Positions 22,335-33,900 of a stretch of 64,000 nucleotides of DNA are shown here, piece after piece. The notes under the pieces are model-generated. The model had not been told where the DNA came from. It made no database searches and worked only from the letters and a program-made list of their open reading frames with translations. Each line of letters opens with the position of its first letter. Within the stretch, counting starts at the first letter, position 1. The translations under genes were made by a program, and so were the position numbers. The stretch comes from an uncultured Nitrososphaeraceae archaeon (GTDB taxonomy: Archaea > Thermoproteota > Nitrososphaeria > Nitrososphaerales > Nitrososphaeraceae): contig CAVSMN010000016.1 of assembly GCA_963729045.1 (NCBI GenBank), positions 60,686-124,685 on the forward strand, given 5' to 3'.

Positions 22335-22880
22335 TTATTTCTTAGGTTCAGAGAAAGGAGAATCCATCCAAGTTTGATAAATATTTCTAATTCGCTCTAC
22401 TGCATCAATTTCTTTAAAGATTTTTATTACCGATTTGGAGACCAACTCTTGCCATTTAGCGTTGTCCTCAAGAATCAATTTCCGAATAACTGAACCTTTT
22501 AATAGATTTCCTTCAATTAATTTTGGTTTTTTGATGATTATGGTTTCTCTTTTAAGCAAGGTTCTGACAAAATTGTTTCCAGTATAAAGAACATTAAACG
22601 GTGGACTCACTGATTTAATATTGCTAAACCATTTCGCATTGTTTTCATCATCGGTAACATTAACCAGGAATACTCTTGACAAGTCAATTTTTGATTCTAT
22701 GAGGCTATCTCTAATCATCCATACCCTTTCTCCAGCAGTGAAGGGGTTCTTTAAGGTGAAATTAGCTTGCGAGCTTCCTATAAGAATAATTATTTCATCA
22801 TTTTCATCCAATACTTGACGGACTAGTTCCAAATGTCCTAAATGGAATGGTTGATATCGCCCTATCATTACGGCTGCCAT
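22335..22880 (-). CDS. nadM: Archaeal nicotinamide-nucleotide adenylyltransferase
   Basis: GRYQPFHLGH, GSSQ and NPFTAGER motifs. Confidence 0.93.
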   Translation of the reverse strand: MAAVMIGRYQPFHLGHLELVRQVLDENDEIIILIGSSQANFTLKNPFTAGERVWMIRDSLIESKIDLSRVFLVNVTDDENNAKWFSNIKSVSPPFNVLYTGNNFVRTLLKRETIIIKKPKLIEGNLLKGSVIRKLILEDNAKWQELVSKSVIKIFKEIDAVERIRNIYQTWMDSPFSEPKK

Positions 22881-22928
22881 AAGCTTGTCTTCACATTACT
22901 CTAGAAAACAAACAATATAATATTGTTC

Positions 22929-24758
22929 TCAAGGTTCAGTATTTGTTGATTTAGTATCTAAAAACTCGGCCTTTTGATTTTCAATTTCGGCTTTTTCAAT
23001 CCTCCTAAAAATCGGAATTATATTGTTATCGATATTGTGTCCTTGAACAAGTCTCAATTCAGACGCTGAATACCAGTCTTGGGTCGTTAAATTTTCGATA
23101 ATTCCTAATTGTTTCCAGATTTTCTGAGCGGATGAGGGAATAAACGGAAACAACAATATTGCAAGTGATCTCACTGCATTGGCAGATATCCAAATGGTGT
23201 TATTAGAATCATGATGTGATTTCCAAGGTTCTTTAGACTGGAAATACTGATTAAAAAATGTACTAAACTGCAAAATCCTCTTCATGGCCTTATCTATTTC
23301 GTTTCCAAAAATCAATTCGCCTACAGCATATGCGATCTGCTTGATCTCAATCAATGCTTGTTTGTCTAGGCTATCCAAATTCGTTCTTGTAGGGATCTTT
23401 CCAGCAAATTGCTTCTTGAGTAAAGGAGAGTGTCCGGTTGATAAAGTTTCCTATATTTGAAATAAGCTCATTATTAATTTTTTCATAAAAACTATCCCAA
23501 TCAAAATTAATGTCCGATTGTGAATATGGGATAATCGTAGAAAAATAAAATCTAAGATAATCGGGGTTAAATGACTTCGTGAATCCTCCCAATGTTATCG
23601 ACCAATTCTTACTCTTCGATAACTTTCTATTTTGGAATAGTAAATGACCTCTTGTAACTATTCTATCAGGTAATTTATATTCGCTCTTGATCCCAAGCCT
23701 GATCGCGGGGAGAAAGAGGTAATGGTGATAGATTATATCTTTCCCTATAAAATGAATGATTTCAGAATCGTTCCAAAGTTTCCTACCGTCTTTCTTAAGT
23801 ACGGTCTCTGCAAAACTATTAAAAGATGAAATGTAGCACAAATGGTTGTCAAACCACCCATAAAATACTTTATCTTCGTAATTTGGAACTCCATGAATCT
23901 TTGGTATGGGTACCCCCCAAGACAAATCTCTAGTGATATCCCAATCTTGCAATCCTGTATTTATCCAGTTCAAGACATATTTTACTACGTCTTCTTGTAA
24001 ATTCTTATTATTGGAAAGCCAAATTTTAAGAGCTTTCTCAAAATCGGACAATTTAAAAAAATAATGGAGACTCTCTCTCTTAACAGGGGGCCTTCCACAC
24101 AGAACACATTTGGGGTCCAGTATTTGTTCAGGGACCCTGCCACACGATTCGCAAAGATCAGAATATTGGTTATCTGAGTTACAGAATGGGCATCTACCTA
24201 TTACATACCTATCTGGCAAGTACTTGTTATCAAATGTGCAAAAAAACTGAACTACAATTTCCTCTTTTATGTGATTATTTTTATACAGGTCCATGAAATA
24301 CGTCCTGTACAAACTTTATGTTTTGAGGGGAACTAGTCTTTGAAAAATAATCAAAATTAATGTCAACAGAATCAAAATCTTTTTTATCCCTCTCATTCCA
24401 TTCTCTCACATACTCTTCAGGTGTTTTTCCCTCCTTCTCGGATTTTATAAGAATAGGAGTTCCGTAATCATCAGTAGCACATATGTGGTAAATCTTACTA
24501 CCCGTCAATCTAACGAATCTAGTGAAAATATCGGCTGGTAAATAAGTCGATGCAATATGTCCCAAATGAATTTGGCCATTCGCATAAGGCAAGGCGGAAG
24601 TGACTACAAGATCCTTTTCTATCACAATCTTTGGCCCTTTGTATTTTTCATTCACTGCTATCTCGTCATGATTTTCTGATGTTTTGAATATGTGAAGTAT
24701 CAGAATCTGGATGAGTAGTAATCGAGGTATGGTTTGTGTTTTCGGACAGACTGTTCAT
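22929..24758 (-). CDS. metG: Methionyl-tRNA synthetase; +1 indels near 24297 and 23416, and probably near 24683
   Basis: ALPYANGQIHLGH (HIGH), Zn knuckles, WDITRD, GKDI and KLSKS. ATG 24758 is reachable with one further indel; otherwise the start is GTG 24655. Confidence 0.95.
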
Positions 24759-24867
24759 TTGCGCCTAACTTGTATACTTTTAGTTGTTGAATTTAATTTA
24801 ACTGTATATGAATCAAATAAATTAAAAAAACATTTATTATTTTTAATAAAGTATTATGCATTGTTAG

Positions 24868-25173
24868 ATGACATGGATTAAGGTAGCCAGTAAAGACGAC
24901 ATTCAAGAAGGCAGTGGTAAGGAACTTAACATTAATGGGCAAAGAATAGCTCTATTTGTATCAAAAAGCAAGTATTACGCTATCGAAGCACTTTGCAGAC
25001 ATCAGGATGGTTCTTTGGCACCTGGAAAAGTTAATGGTGAAATTGTCGAGTGTCCTTTGCACTTTTGGCATTACAATATTAGAACCGGTGAGTTACTAGA
25101 CTATATGGAGGGTATTAAATTGACCACCTTCCCCGTTCAGATTAGAAAAAATGAAATTTATCTAGACGTTTAA
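24868..25173 (+). CDS. Rieske-type [2Fe-2S] ferredoxin
   Basis: CRH...CPLH Rieske ligands in a 101-aa protein. Confidence 0.92.
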   Translation: MTWIKVASKDDIQEGSGKELNINGQRIALFVSKSKYYAIEALCRHQDGSLAPGKVNGEIVECPLHFWHYNIRTGELLDYMEGIKLTTFPVQIRKNEIYLDV

Positions 25174-25198
25174 TTTTTTTACTAAGATTCCTTTAGAA

Positions 25199-26621
25199 AT
25201 GAAATTAAGTAATACATTAACAAACCAATTGGAAGAAATTAATACAGTCGATAAAGTAATTAAAATTTACTTGTGCGGTGTCACCGTTTATGATGACTGC
25301 CATATCGGGCATGCAAGGACCATAATAGTTTTCGATGTATTAAGACGGTACTTAGAAATTCAAGGTGTAAAGGTGATATTCATACAAAATTTTACTGATA
25401 TAGATGACAAGATAATAGCTAGGGCTAGCAGTGAACATACGGATGCTGAATATATTTCTCGAGTATATACAGAGAGTTACTTTAGAGATTTTGACGCCCT
25501 AAACGTATTGAGAGCCACATCATACCCTAGAGGTAACAGAGCATATTCCAGACATCATTGACTTTATTAGCAAACTAATTGAGAAAAATAAAGCTTATTT
25601 GGGATTAAATGGAATTTACTTTAGGGTTAGGTCCTACCTAGGATATGGCAAGCTGTCCAAAAAGGACCAAGATTCGATAATTTCTGGTGCGAGAATTGAA
25701 GTTGATGAGAATAAAGACGACCCGCGAGACTTTGCCTTGTGGAAATTTAGTTCCGTGAAACCAACCTGGGCCAGTCCGTGGGGAAATGGAAGGCCAGGAT
25801 GGCACATTGAGTGTTCAGTCATGGCTTCAAAATATCTAGGAGCAAATATTGATATACACGGAGGAGGCCAGGATTTAGTTTTTCCTCATCACGAAAATGA
25901 AATTGCACAGTCTGAGGGATTATTCGAAACCGAATTCTCGAAATTATGGATGCATGTGGGGATGGTAACAATTAACTCTGAAAAAATGTCGAAATCTATT
26001 GGAAATACAATTAAGATTTCAGAATTATTAAAAGAAGTTGGTCCAAATGTAATTAGGCTTTTTTGCCTTTCTTCTCATTATACAAAACCGCTAGATTATA
26101 CAAAGGATATAATTGATGAATCAAAACGTAAATGGAGCCAAATTTCTAATGCCTATTATGAACTAGAATACCGAACCAGAAACTCATTCATTTATGAGAA
26201 TTCTGATTCCATTCAGCAACCGCTGTTAGAAGAGCTGACAAATTATCTAACTTTGTTTGAAGAACATCTCAATAATGATTTGAATTTTGCAAATGCATTG
26301 ACTGTATTTCTAAAATTCATTACGAGGATTAATAATTTTTTATCTATTGATACTCCGGTAAATATTGAATTCTTAACAAAGACTTTTGGCTTGTTAAAAA
26401 AATTCATGTTTGTAATTGGATTGAAAGTCTCGCAGGTATCTAAGCAGGAGTTTGAAGAGATAGAGGAGCAGATATACAAAAGAAACATGTTCCGCTCTGA
26501 GAAAAACTATTTGGAATCTGATAAAATAAGATTAAAACTTGCAGATAGATTCAATATCGAGCTGATAGATCATAAGGGATTTACTTTGTGGAAGAAGCGA
26601 TCAATTGATGTCCAAAAATAA
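25199..26621 (+). CDS. cysS: Cysteinyl-tRNA synthetase; +1 indel near 25531
   Basis: CGVTVYD, HIGH, DFALWK, GRPGWHIEC, FPHHENE and KMSKS motifs. Confidence 0.96.
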
Positions 26622-26710
26622 GGATTTGAAATTTTCAAATTTGATTAGAATGCATTAGAATAGAAGAACTTTGCGCAAGAATTTTTAACTAAGTTATTCT
26701 ATTTGATTGT

Positions 26711-27199
26711 ATGAACAAATCCAATAGAATAAAGACTATATTCTTGATTTCTTTATCCTCAGTCGCTATTATTTTGTTATTCTATGTAAATGTGGCATCA
26801 GTTCAAACTACCCAGAATGACTACGCAAACTATTTTGCCACCTTCACCCAAAGTTCTGCGAATCTAACCAGGGCTTTTCAAGATGAAATAGCGCTTTGGC
26901 AATTGGGGACGGTATCAAATAAAACGATGGCCGAATTGACCAACACCTACTTGGCAAATTTTACTAAACAGATGAATGAATTTAATCAAACGGAATCGCC
27001 CGCTGCCTTTGAGGCTGCAAAAAACAGTCTGGTAAACTCTTATAATAACGAGATCAAAAGTTACCAATACTTTAAGGATTATTTATTGACTGGTAATGAA
27101 TCTCTAAATGAAATTTCCACTAATTTTCTATCTGAATCACTAAAGGATGAGGCTATGTCTTTCAAATCATTCAAAGAAGTAACAAACAAAACATCATGA
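26711..27199 (+). CDS. Hypothetical membrane-anchored or secreted helical protein
   Basis: 162-aa ORF with an N-terminal hydrophobic helix and many N-x-S/T sequons. Confidence 0.75.
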   Translation: MNKSNRIKTIFLISLSSVAIILLFYVNVASVQTTQNDYANYFATFTQSSANLTRAFQDEIALWQLGTVSNKTMAELTNTYLANFTKQMNEFNQTESPAAFEAAKNSLVNSYNNEIKSYQYFKDYLLTGNESLNEISTNFLSESLKDEAMSFKSFKEVTNKTS

Positions 27200-27235
27200 T
27201 AAAAAAAGATATTTTACATCATCTAAATAAAACAA

Positions 27236-28237
27236 CTATTTTGAAAAAATAGTCCCAGCCGGTATAATCGAATCTGGTGGAATCTTGCGACCAGGGAGGA
27301 TTATTACTGATGCGCCTATAGAACTATTATTAGAAACTACTGCACCAAAATGATTTCTCCCCGTATCTATTAATTCGTTATTGATTCTGTATTGGACATT
27401 TTTTCTGGTAAGTAAAACGTTCGCAGTTCCTGAGTAACCGCCAAACCAAACGTTCTTTCCTACTATGCTATCCAAAATTACATTATGATGGGAAATTTTT
27501 GCATTACCTGCAAAGTAAGTCTTACCGATTTCACAGTTAAAGCCAATATTTGTATTGTAATCAAGCATACTATTGCGGATTAACGATCCCATGCCGATAA
27601 AGCTACCATTACCGATATAAGACGGTCCCTTAATCTTTGCGAAATCATCTATTACAACATTGTCTTCTATGATACATGGACCTTCAATAATCGCAGTTTT
27701 TGCGATTGTTGCTTTATTGGAAATAATGGAAAATGTTACCTCGTTTTTTAGGAGTTCCTGTATGATATCTAAAAATTCCCACGGGTACTGAAATTTGTAA
27801 TATTCAATACTTTTTCTAGTAGACCTCTTTCCTATGACTGTATTACATGGGAGAAACAACAAGTTGTTGTTTGTAATGAGTGTATTTTGTTGAATATGAT
27901 TGTTGGAGTTTCCATTGTTGTTTTTCTCGGTGACTTCGAATTCATTAGGAACACTTAATTCCCTTTTTATTAATTTACCGTAAGTATTTTCATCAATTTC
28001 CTCTACTGGTATATCTGTGGTAGCTTTTATGATGCTTGAAATAAAATTTAGTTTTTTGGGAACGAATACAGTCTCTAAATCATACAAAGAATTAATCAAT
28101 TCTACGTTCCTTGTGATCAGTGCTCTTCCAAAAAGGTATAAAGAACAATTTGAAGGGATAGAACTATCAACTTCACTTTCGTTATAATCTAAGAATGAAT
28201 AGGAAGTGGATGAGGATTGCAAAAATACTATTTTCAT
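27236..28237 (-). CDS. GlmU-like left-handed beta-helix (hexapeptide) acyltransferase with a degenerate N-terminal domain
   Basis: YPWEFL followed by hexapeptide repeats (IEGPCIIEDN, IKGPSYIG) and a GAVV...IGASVIILPG tail. Confidence 0.8.
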   Translation of the reverse strand: MKIVFLQSSSTSYSFLDYNESEVDSSIPSNCSLYLFGRALITRNVELINSLYDLETVFVPKKLNFISSIIKATTDIPVEEIDENTYGKLIKRELSVPNEFEVTEKNNNGNSNNHIQQNTLITNNNLLFLPCNTVIGKRSTRKSIEYYKFQYPWEFLDIIQELLKNEVTFSIISNKATIAKTAIIEGPCIIEDNVVIDDFAKIKGPSYIGNGSFIGMGSLIRNSMLDYNTNIGFNCEIGKTYFAGNAKISHHNVILDSIVGKNVWFGGYSGTANVLLTRKNVQYRINNELIDTGRNHFGAVVSNNSSIGASVIILPGRKIPPDSIIPAGTIFSK

Positions 28238-28350
28238 TATACCTGCTATCTCTTTTGTAAATTAATATAATTAGATTTTGGAACAAGTTTCATAAGTTTT
28301 TACTGCGGAAATAATAGCAGTTAACTGATATGGAAGAATTTGATATAAAT

Positions 28351-29337
28351 TTAATACTTATGTTTTGATATTTTTCTTGCTTCAATGAGATCAAGGAAGT
28401 AAAACAAGTAAGTCCTCTCATTAACTTTTAGAATCCATGGAATAAATGCCTCTTTTTTTGTCCTGAGAGTAACTTCGAAACCTTTTTTTTCCAAGGTTGA
28501 ACGCAATATCTCGTCATTCATATTTCTATTGTAAACTATCTCTCGATTGTAATCGTAAGGGGTGGTTGTAATAAACAGAGAATGCGGCTTTAAGAGATGA
28601 TGTATCTTGGGCAAGAGGTCATCAACAGGCATGAACTCGACAATATTCAACCCAAATATCAGATCAAAGGTTTGATTTCTGAAAGGTAAATCCAAAATAT
28701 CAGATACTATGAACTCCATATTGGTTACTCCTTGTTCTTTTGTCTTTTTCTTTGCTTCCCGAATGAAAGAAAATGATGAATCTATCCCAAAGACAAATGA
28801 AAATTTTTTTGCTAATTCCATCGTGGATAATCCTAGGGCACATCCCAAGTCTAAGGCAATTCCCTCAGGATTGAAAGGAATATTTGAAGTCAGTTTTCGA
28901 TAAACGTCAGATGGTTTTATTTTCCATCTCATAAGAAGGAGAAATTTATCACTTTCAAAATTTTCGTTGTGAAGCCATTTGTAACTCTGAAAATATAAAC
29001 CGTCTTCCTCATATCGGTCTTCTTTTTGATGATTTTTGTCGATATCCAACGATAAATTTTTTAAAAAAGTCTTCATCTCTGCGCTTTTAGCATTTGAAAA
29101 CCATTTACCAAAAGTTGACACTCGTTTTGAGGCATATTTTACGATATCGCTCATTATTATTGCAATTCCATCGATTATGGGAAATTTTTTTTTACACTCT
29201 GGACATATAAGGAATCCTTCAAAGCACTCATTCTCATCCAAAGGATCGATTATATAACTTTGTAAATACAAGGGATATTTTTTTTCAACATGATTAATAC
29301 AATAAAAAAATTTAAAATTTAAAAGGGAAGTTTTCAA
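28351..29337 (-). CDS. Trm112-like Zn-ribbon domain fused to a class I SAM methyltransferase
   Basis: EGFLICPECKKKFPIIDGI (Trm112 signature), LDLGCALG, GIDSS and LPFxxxxFDL. Likely start is TTG 29337. Confidence 0.82.
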   Translation of the reverse strand: MKTSLLNFKFFYCINHVEKKYPLYLQSYIIDPLDENECFEGFLICPECKKKFPIIDGIAIIMSDIVKYASKRVSTFGKWFSNAKSAEMKTFLKNLSLDIDKNHQKEDRYEEDGLYFQSYKWLHNENFESDKFLLLMRWKIKPSDVYRKLTSNIPFNPEGIALDLGCALGLSTMELAKKFSFVFGIDSSFSFIREAKKKTKEQGVTNMEFIVSDILDLPFRNQTFDLIFGLNIVEFMPVDDLLPKIHHLLKPHSLFITTTPYDYNREIVYNRNMNDEILRSTLEKKGFEVTLRTKKEAFIPWILKVNERTYLFYFLDLIEARKISKHKY

Positions 29338-29633
29338 TGATCTTATTTTTTTGCATTCTATTATAGATGTTTGTCTAAATCTGCATAAATTACCCAAGTG
29401 AAATATCCTATTCAGAACAGTTAGATGCCTGCAGGTATGAGTATGCTATATTAGCAGGATCAAGAAAAAGCGATAATGCGAAATCTACAAGGTATGTTAA
29501 GAAATTAATTATTCCTTTAAGAAAATAGAAATCATGAAATAAATTAAGTTTGATCTCATGACCTTTGAATTATTGATCAATTCCAATTTGACTAATAATT
29601 CATTCAGTCGTTCAATCAAATCATAGTGTCTCT

Positions 29634-30860
29634 TTATTTCAATATGTAAGGTAGTGCGATGGAGAGGACCACAATCAATACCATTCCGTATGTTAGTATT
29701 TTCGATGCATGTTTAATAATTCCCTTTTTGTTTTGAGTTTTCTTATCTATCAATGTATTATATAGCTGACCTCCATCCAGAGGGCCAATTGGCAATGCGT
29801 TAAAAATTGCTACATTGAAATTTATGAACCAAAGCCAGAAAAATAGGCTAGCAGGTATCGTGTAATATGAGCCAAATATGGGAGATGTGTATTTGTCGGC
29901 CATAAAGTCAGAATAAGGTACCATACCTTGTACAAATGTCGGTGGAGCAAGCAAACCTAATGGTGATGTATAAATCATTGAATTGTATCGATCCAATACC
30001 TCTTTTGGGTCAGCCACTGGTGTGATGGATACTCCTAAGATTCCCTTTCCAGGCTCCCTTTGAGGGGGGAGAGTTGCCTGCTTAGTTGATTTCACTCCAT
30101 TTTCATCTGCAATTCCGATCGTAACTAATTTTCCTAAATTGGCGTTTAAGTTATCATTTAGTTCCACCGGATTTCGAATCTGGTTGTTCTGAATTTGTTG
30201 TATTGTAGTCCCCTTGTCAAGGCCTATAGATTCAGCGAGAGAACCTTGATTTACATTTGTTATTACTACCCCATAGGATGCTGGATCCATAGGCTTAGTT
30301 ATTACCAAAGTGGAAGTTATCAAAAGTATAACAAATAAAGAGATAGCAGCTAATACTATATTTGTCATAGGGCCTGCAGTCAATATGGAACTTTTCTGCT
30401 TAGTTGAAATCCTATTAAGTTCGTCTCTTTCAATATTCACAAATGCCCCAATCGGTATTCCTAAAAACAATACTAGTCCGGTAGATTCAACCTTAACACC
30501 GTACACTCTAGCAATTATTCCATGGCCAGCCTCATGAACTATAATAGTAACTACCAAAGCTACCCACCCTTCCCATATTGGCAAATAAGGGTTGAGACCA
30601 GGTATCAACAAATTGGCCTGAGGACCTACTCCACGAGCTCCCTCTCTTATTGTTTCGCTAGAAAATAGGGCAGCAACCGAGCCTATTATTAGGAATAAAG
30701 CCATAATTGTAATAAGCGGCATTAAATAAGTATTGAATTTTGCATAAAACCTTGCAGCGCTCGTCTGTGAAACCTTATCAAAGAATTTTAATCCGTACGG
30801 TGTATGAATTAATATAAGTGGTAAATGAAGATCAAACTTTATTTTTGATTGCTGTTCCAA
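29634..30860 (-). CDS. Site-2 protease (M50) with PDZ domain
   Basis: HEAGH, AGP and NALPIGPLDGG motifs with a central PDZ-like segment. Confidence 0.93.
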   Translation of the reverse strand: MEQQSKIKFDLHLPLILIHTPYGLKFFDKVSQTSAARFYAKFNTYLMPLITIMALFLIIGSVAALFSSETIREGARGVGPQANLLIPGLNPYLPIWEGWVALVVTIIVHEAGHGIIARVYGVKVESTGLVLFLGIPIGAFVNIERDELNRISTKQKSSILTAGPMTNIVLAAISLFVILLITSTLVITKPMDPASYGVVITNVNQGSLAESIGLDKGTTIQQIQNNQIRNPVELNDNLNANLGKLVTIGIADENGVKSTKQATLPPQREPGKGILGVSITPVADPKEVLDRYNSMIYTSPLGLLAPPTFVQGMVPYSDFMADKYTSPIFGSYYTIPASLFFWLWFINFNVAIFNALPIGPLDGGQLYNTLIDKKTQNKKGIIKHASKILTYGMVLIVVLSIALPYILK

Positions 30861-31088
30861 TTAAGTAATGTGAACATTATTATTATTTAAATGCATCATA
30901 ACATACTTTTTGAAGTTTTTCATAATACTCGAGTTAGAAGAATACCCAATTTAATAGAGGCTTGTCATATTTTGACCATTTTGGACTGATCAAATGAATT
31001 ACTTTTACGCCTACAAGATAATATTCTTACTTCAGACGGAAGAATAGTATTGAATGCGGCACCTAATTAGATTTATACCGTATATGTA

Positions 31089-31481
31089 TTATCCTTTTAC
31101 TCGGACAATCTTTATCCGTTCCAATACTTTCCAATACTCAACTTCGCCGCCTTGGTTGAGTTTATCTCTAATTTCATCCTCAATAGCAGAAGTTTCAAAA
31201 ACTTCGAATGTTTCAAGATCCATAATCTGCAATACTTGACCAGCCACCGAGATGAGTTGTCCACTCCTCTTGTCTATAAGTGGAACTTCAACATTTGCCG
31301 AAACCGGAGCAACTAAACTGTGCCTTGAACCGTCGAAAACACCCATTGCTGCCACTCTTGCTTTTGCGGAACCATGTTTACCTGGCTTACTATGATCATA
31401 AGAAACAATTCTACATGGTTCTCCGTCTATGATGATATAAGAACCAACCTTTAAACTACCAAGGTCCATAGGCTTACTCAA
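31089..31481 (-). CDS. eif5a: Translation factor aIF5A
   Basis: SKPGKHGSAK hypusination motif. Confidence 0.97.
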   Translation of the reverse strand: MSKPMDLGSLKVGSYIIIDGEPCRIVSYDHSKPGKHGSAKARVAAMGVFDGSRHSLVAPVSANVEVPLIDKRSGQLISVAGQVLQIMDLETFEVFETSAIEDEIRDKLNQGGEVEYWKVLERIKIVRVKG

Positions 31482-31799
31482 TAATAATCAGAAAAATTGA
31501 CATGAAATGCATATTTAACAGTTATGATCATATGCTTGTTGTCCTTTGGATTTTCCTTATGATATCGTGATTTGATAGTCATATGATCAGATATTGTGAG
31601 ATTAGGTGATAATTAATCTAGTTTATGTTGGAATCTTCCCATTCGAACCATTTCATACACCTTTCAAAGTTGTCTGTAAAATCAAAGCAATTCTTGGTTC
31701 TCAGATTTTTACATCATTATAAAAGTATGAATTACCATCCGTGCTATCAAGTGACATTAATTTAGATCTTACACCAACTCAAAAGGAGGTATTGAACGA

Positions 31800-33152
31800 T
31801 TGAAAAAGGTAATGACGATAGCAGGTAGTGATTCATCTGCTGGCGCCGGCATACAGGCTGACATAAAGACATTTTCGGCCTTGGGTGTATACGGAACAAC
31901 AATAATAACCACTCTAACTGCTCAGAATACTAAGACAATCTCTGATATTCTGGTAGTTCCGCCAAAATTTTTTAAAAATCAAATAGTTACTACATTAGAA
32001 GATATTAAGCCAGACGTCATAAAAATAGGTGTTCTTTACAGTAAGTCAATAATAAATATTGTCAAAAGTATTTTAAAGAACTATAAGACTCCGATTGTAC
32101 TTGACCCAGTCCTCTATTCTGGGACTGGAATCAAATTATTAGACGAGCAGTCATTTGAGCAGTTTAAGAGGGGGATTATTCCATTAGCACATGTAATCAC
32201 GCCTAATCTTAAGGAGGCTGAATTCCTTTCAAAAGTTAAGATATCAAACAGGCATGATATGACTAAAGCTGCATTAGAGATTTTCAAGTTAGGAGCTTCA
32301 AATATTATTATCAAAGGTGGTCATGTTACGAACAAAGATACAAAGGTAATTGACTTATTATTTACAGATAAAAACCTTGAACCACAACAAATCGTACACG
32401 AAAGGTTGAAGATTGGGGAAACTCATGGCACCGGATGTAACTTTTCTGCTGCTGTCGCTTCCTTTTTAGCCAAAGGGTATAATATTGGTGATTCATTCAA
32501 ATTATCAAATTCGTATGTGTACGAGGCGTTAAAAAACTCCAATCAAATCGGTGATGGGGTACTCGTCTCCAATCCTCTAGATCGCATGTATGACAATTCT
32601 GAGAAGTTCAAAGTTTTAATAGAATTGCAAGACTCTGTATCAATTTTGGAAAGAATGCCTAATTTTTTTGAACTTATACCAGAAACCAAAACAAACTTTG
32701 TGTATTCAATTGAGAAACCCAAAAATTTCGATGATATTGCTGGAGTGTTGGGCAGAGTAACTAATTTGGGAATCAATATTAGAACTCCAAATGTCATACA
32801 ATTCGGAACATCTCTGCATGTATCTAACGCACTTTTGGCAGCAGCCAAATTCAACTCATTATTTAGGTCCGCCATTAATATTCGGAACAATCCAAGGATC
32901 ATTAAGATTTGCAAAAATAATTTCAAGTGCTCTAATTATTCTAGAAGTAAGGAAACGGAAGAGAGTAAGAGAGTAGAAGGTTCTTCGATACAATGGGGAA
33001 TTACTGAAGCATTTAAACAAGAACCAGATGCGGAGTTAGTTTATCACGATGGCGATTATGGAAAGGAGCCTATGGTTATTATGTTTGGACAAAATCCAAA
33101 GGAAGTTTTAGAAAAAATAAGTATTATTCTGCAGAACTATGTTAATAAGTAA
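31800..33152 (+). CDS. thiDN: HMP/HMP-P kinase fused to ThiN thiamine-phosphate synthase
   Basis: AGSDSSAGAGIQAD, TPN, KGGH and HGTGC motifs; C-terminal IPExxxN, GSSIQWG and GKEPM. Confidence 0.93.
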   Translation: MKKVMTIAGSDSSAGAGIQADIKTFSALGVYGTTIITTLTAQNTKTISDILVVPPKFFKNQIVTTLEDIKPDVIKIGVLYSKSIINIVKSILKNYKTPIVLDPVLYSGTGIKLLDEQSFEQFKRGIIPLAHVITPNLKEAEFLSKVKISNRHDMTKAALEIFKLGASNIIIKGGHVTNKDTKVIDLLFTDKNLEPQQIVHERLKIGETHGTGCNFSAAVASFLAKGYNIGDSFKLSNSYVYEALKNSNQIGDGVLVSNPLDRMYDNSEKFKVLIELQDSVSILERMPNFFELIPETKTNFVYSIEKPKNFDDIAGVLGRVTNLGINIRTPNVIQFGTSLHVSNALLAAAKFNSLFRSAINIRNNPRIIKICKNNFKCSNYSRSKETEESKRVEGSSIQWGITEAFKQEPDAELVYHDGDYGKEPMVIMFGQNPKEVLEKISIILQNYVNK

Positions 33153-33186
33153 TATTATAAATAATGATTAATTATTCTTATTTTTT

Positions 33187-33900
33187 GTGAAAGCAGTAAT
33201 ATTAGCTGGTGGTCTGGGAACAAGGCTGCAACCCTATACATTCTTTATTCCAAAGCCAATGTTGCCGCTGGGCAATAAACCCTTACTTGAGTATTTGGTT
33301 GAATGGCTTATCAATTCTAAAAAGATAAATGAGATAATTATTTGTGTGAGTTATTTGCATAGATCAATAGAAGACTACTTTGAAGACGGCACGAGGTTCG
33401 GGATAAAGATAAAATATTCCAGATCAGATAGACCGTTAGCCACTGCTGGACAATTGAAAACCGCTGCTACTCATTTAAAAGAACCGTTTGTTTGTCTATA
33501 CGGTGATTCAGTGTATGAATTCCCGCTTGACAAGATGATTGAAAATCATCTTGAAGATAAAGCCTTTATATCTATGGCTCTTTCAAGGTACAAAACCAAT
33601 CTCAAATATGGATTCATTGAGCTTAGTGATGATGAAAAAATGCTTGTATCTGAGTGGAAGGAGAAACCAGAAATTTCTGGATTGATAAACATAGGATGTT
33701 ATGTTTTCGAACCGGAATTCTTAGATTTGATTCCAATTTCTACCTCCTTTGGAATGGACGAGGCGGTAAGAGAATCAATAAGGTCAAAAAAGAAAGTAAA
33801 GTCGTTCATAGTAGAAGAGCGGAGTTTTATGGATATTGGAGATAAGAAATCATATTTAGAGGCCTATAAATTGTATGTTAAAAAATTAGGCAAGATATAA
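33187..33900 (+). CDS. Sugar-phosphate nucleotidyltransferase
   Basis: LAGGLGTRL, PKPMLP, YGD, EKP and DIG motifs. Confidence 0.9.
   Translation: MKAVILAGGLGTRLQPYTFFIPKPMLPLGNKPLLEYLVEWLINSKKINEIIICVSYLHRSIEDYFEDGTRFGIKIKYSRSDRPLATAGQLKTAATHLKEPFVCLYGDSVYEFPLDKMIENHLEDKAFISMALSRYKTNLKYGFIELSDDEKMLVSEWKEKPEISGLINIGCYVFEPEFLDLIPISTSFGMDEAVRESIRSKKKVKSFIVEERSFMDIGDKKSYLEAYKLYVKKLGKI

Noticed and set aside
1570..25535. Programmed ribosomal frameshifting or true pseudogenisation of core genes
   Set aside because: The sites share no slippery motif, nearly all are single duplicated bases, and they hit essential synthetases, so sequencing error is far more parsimonious.
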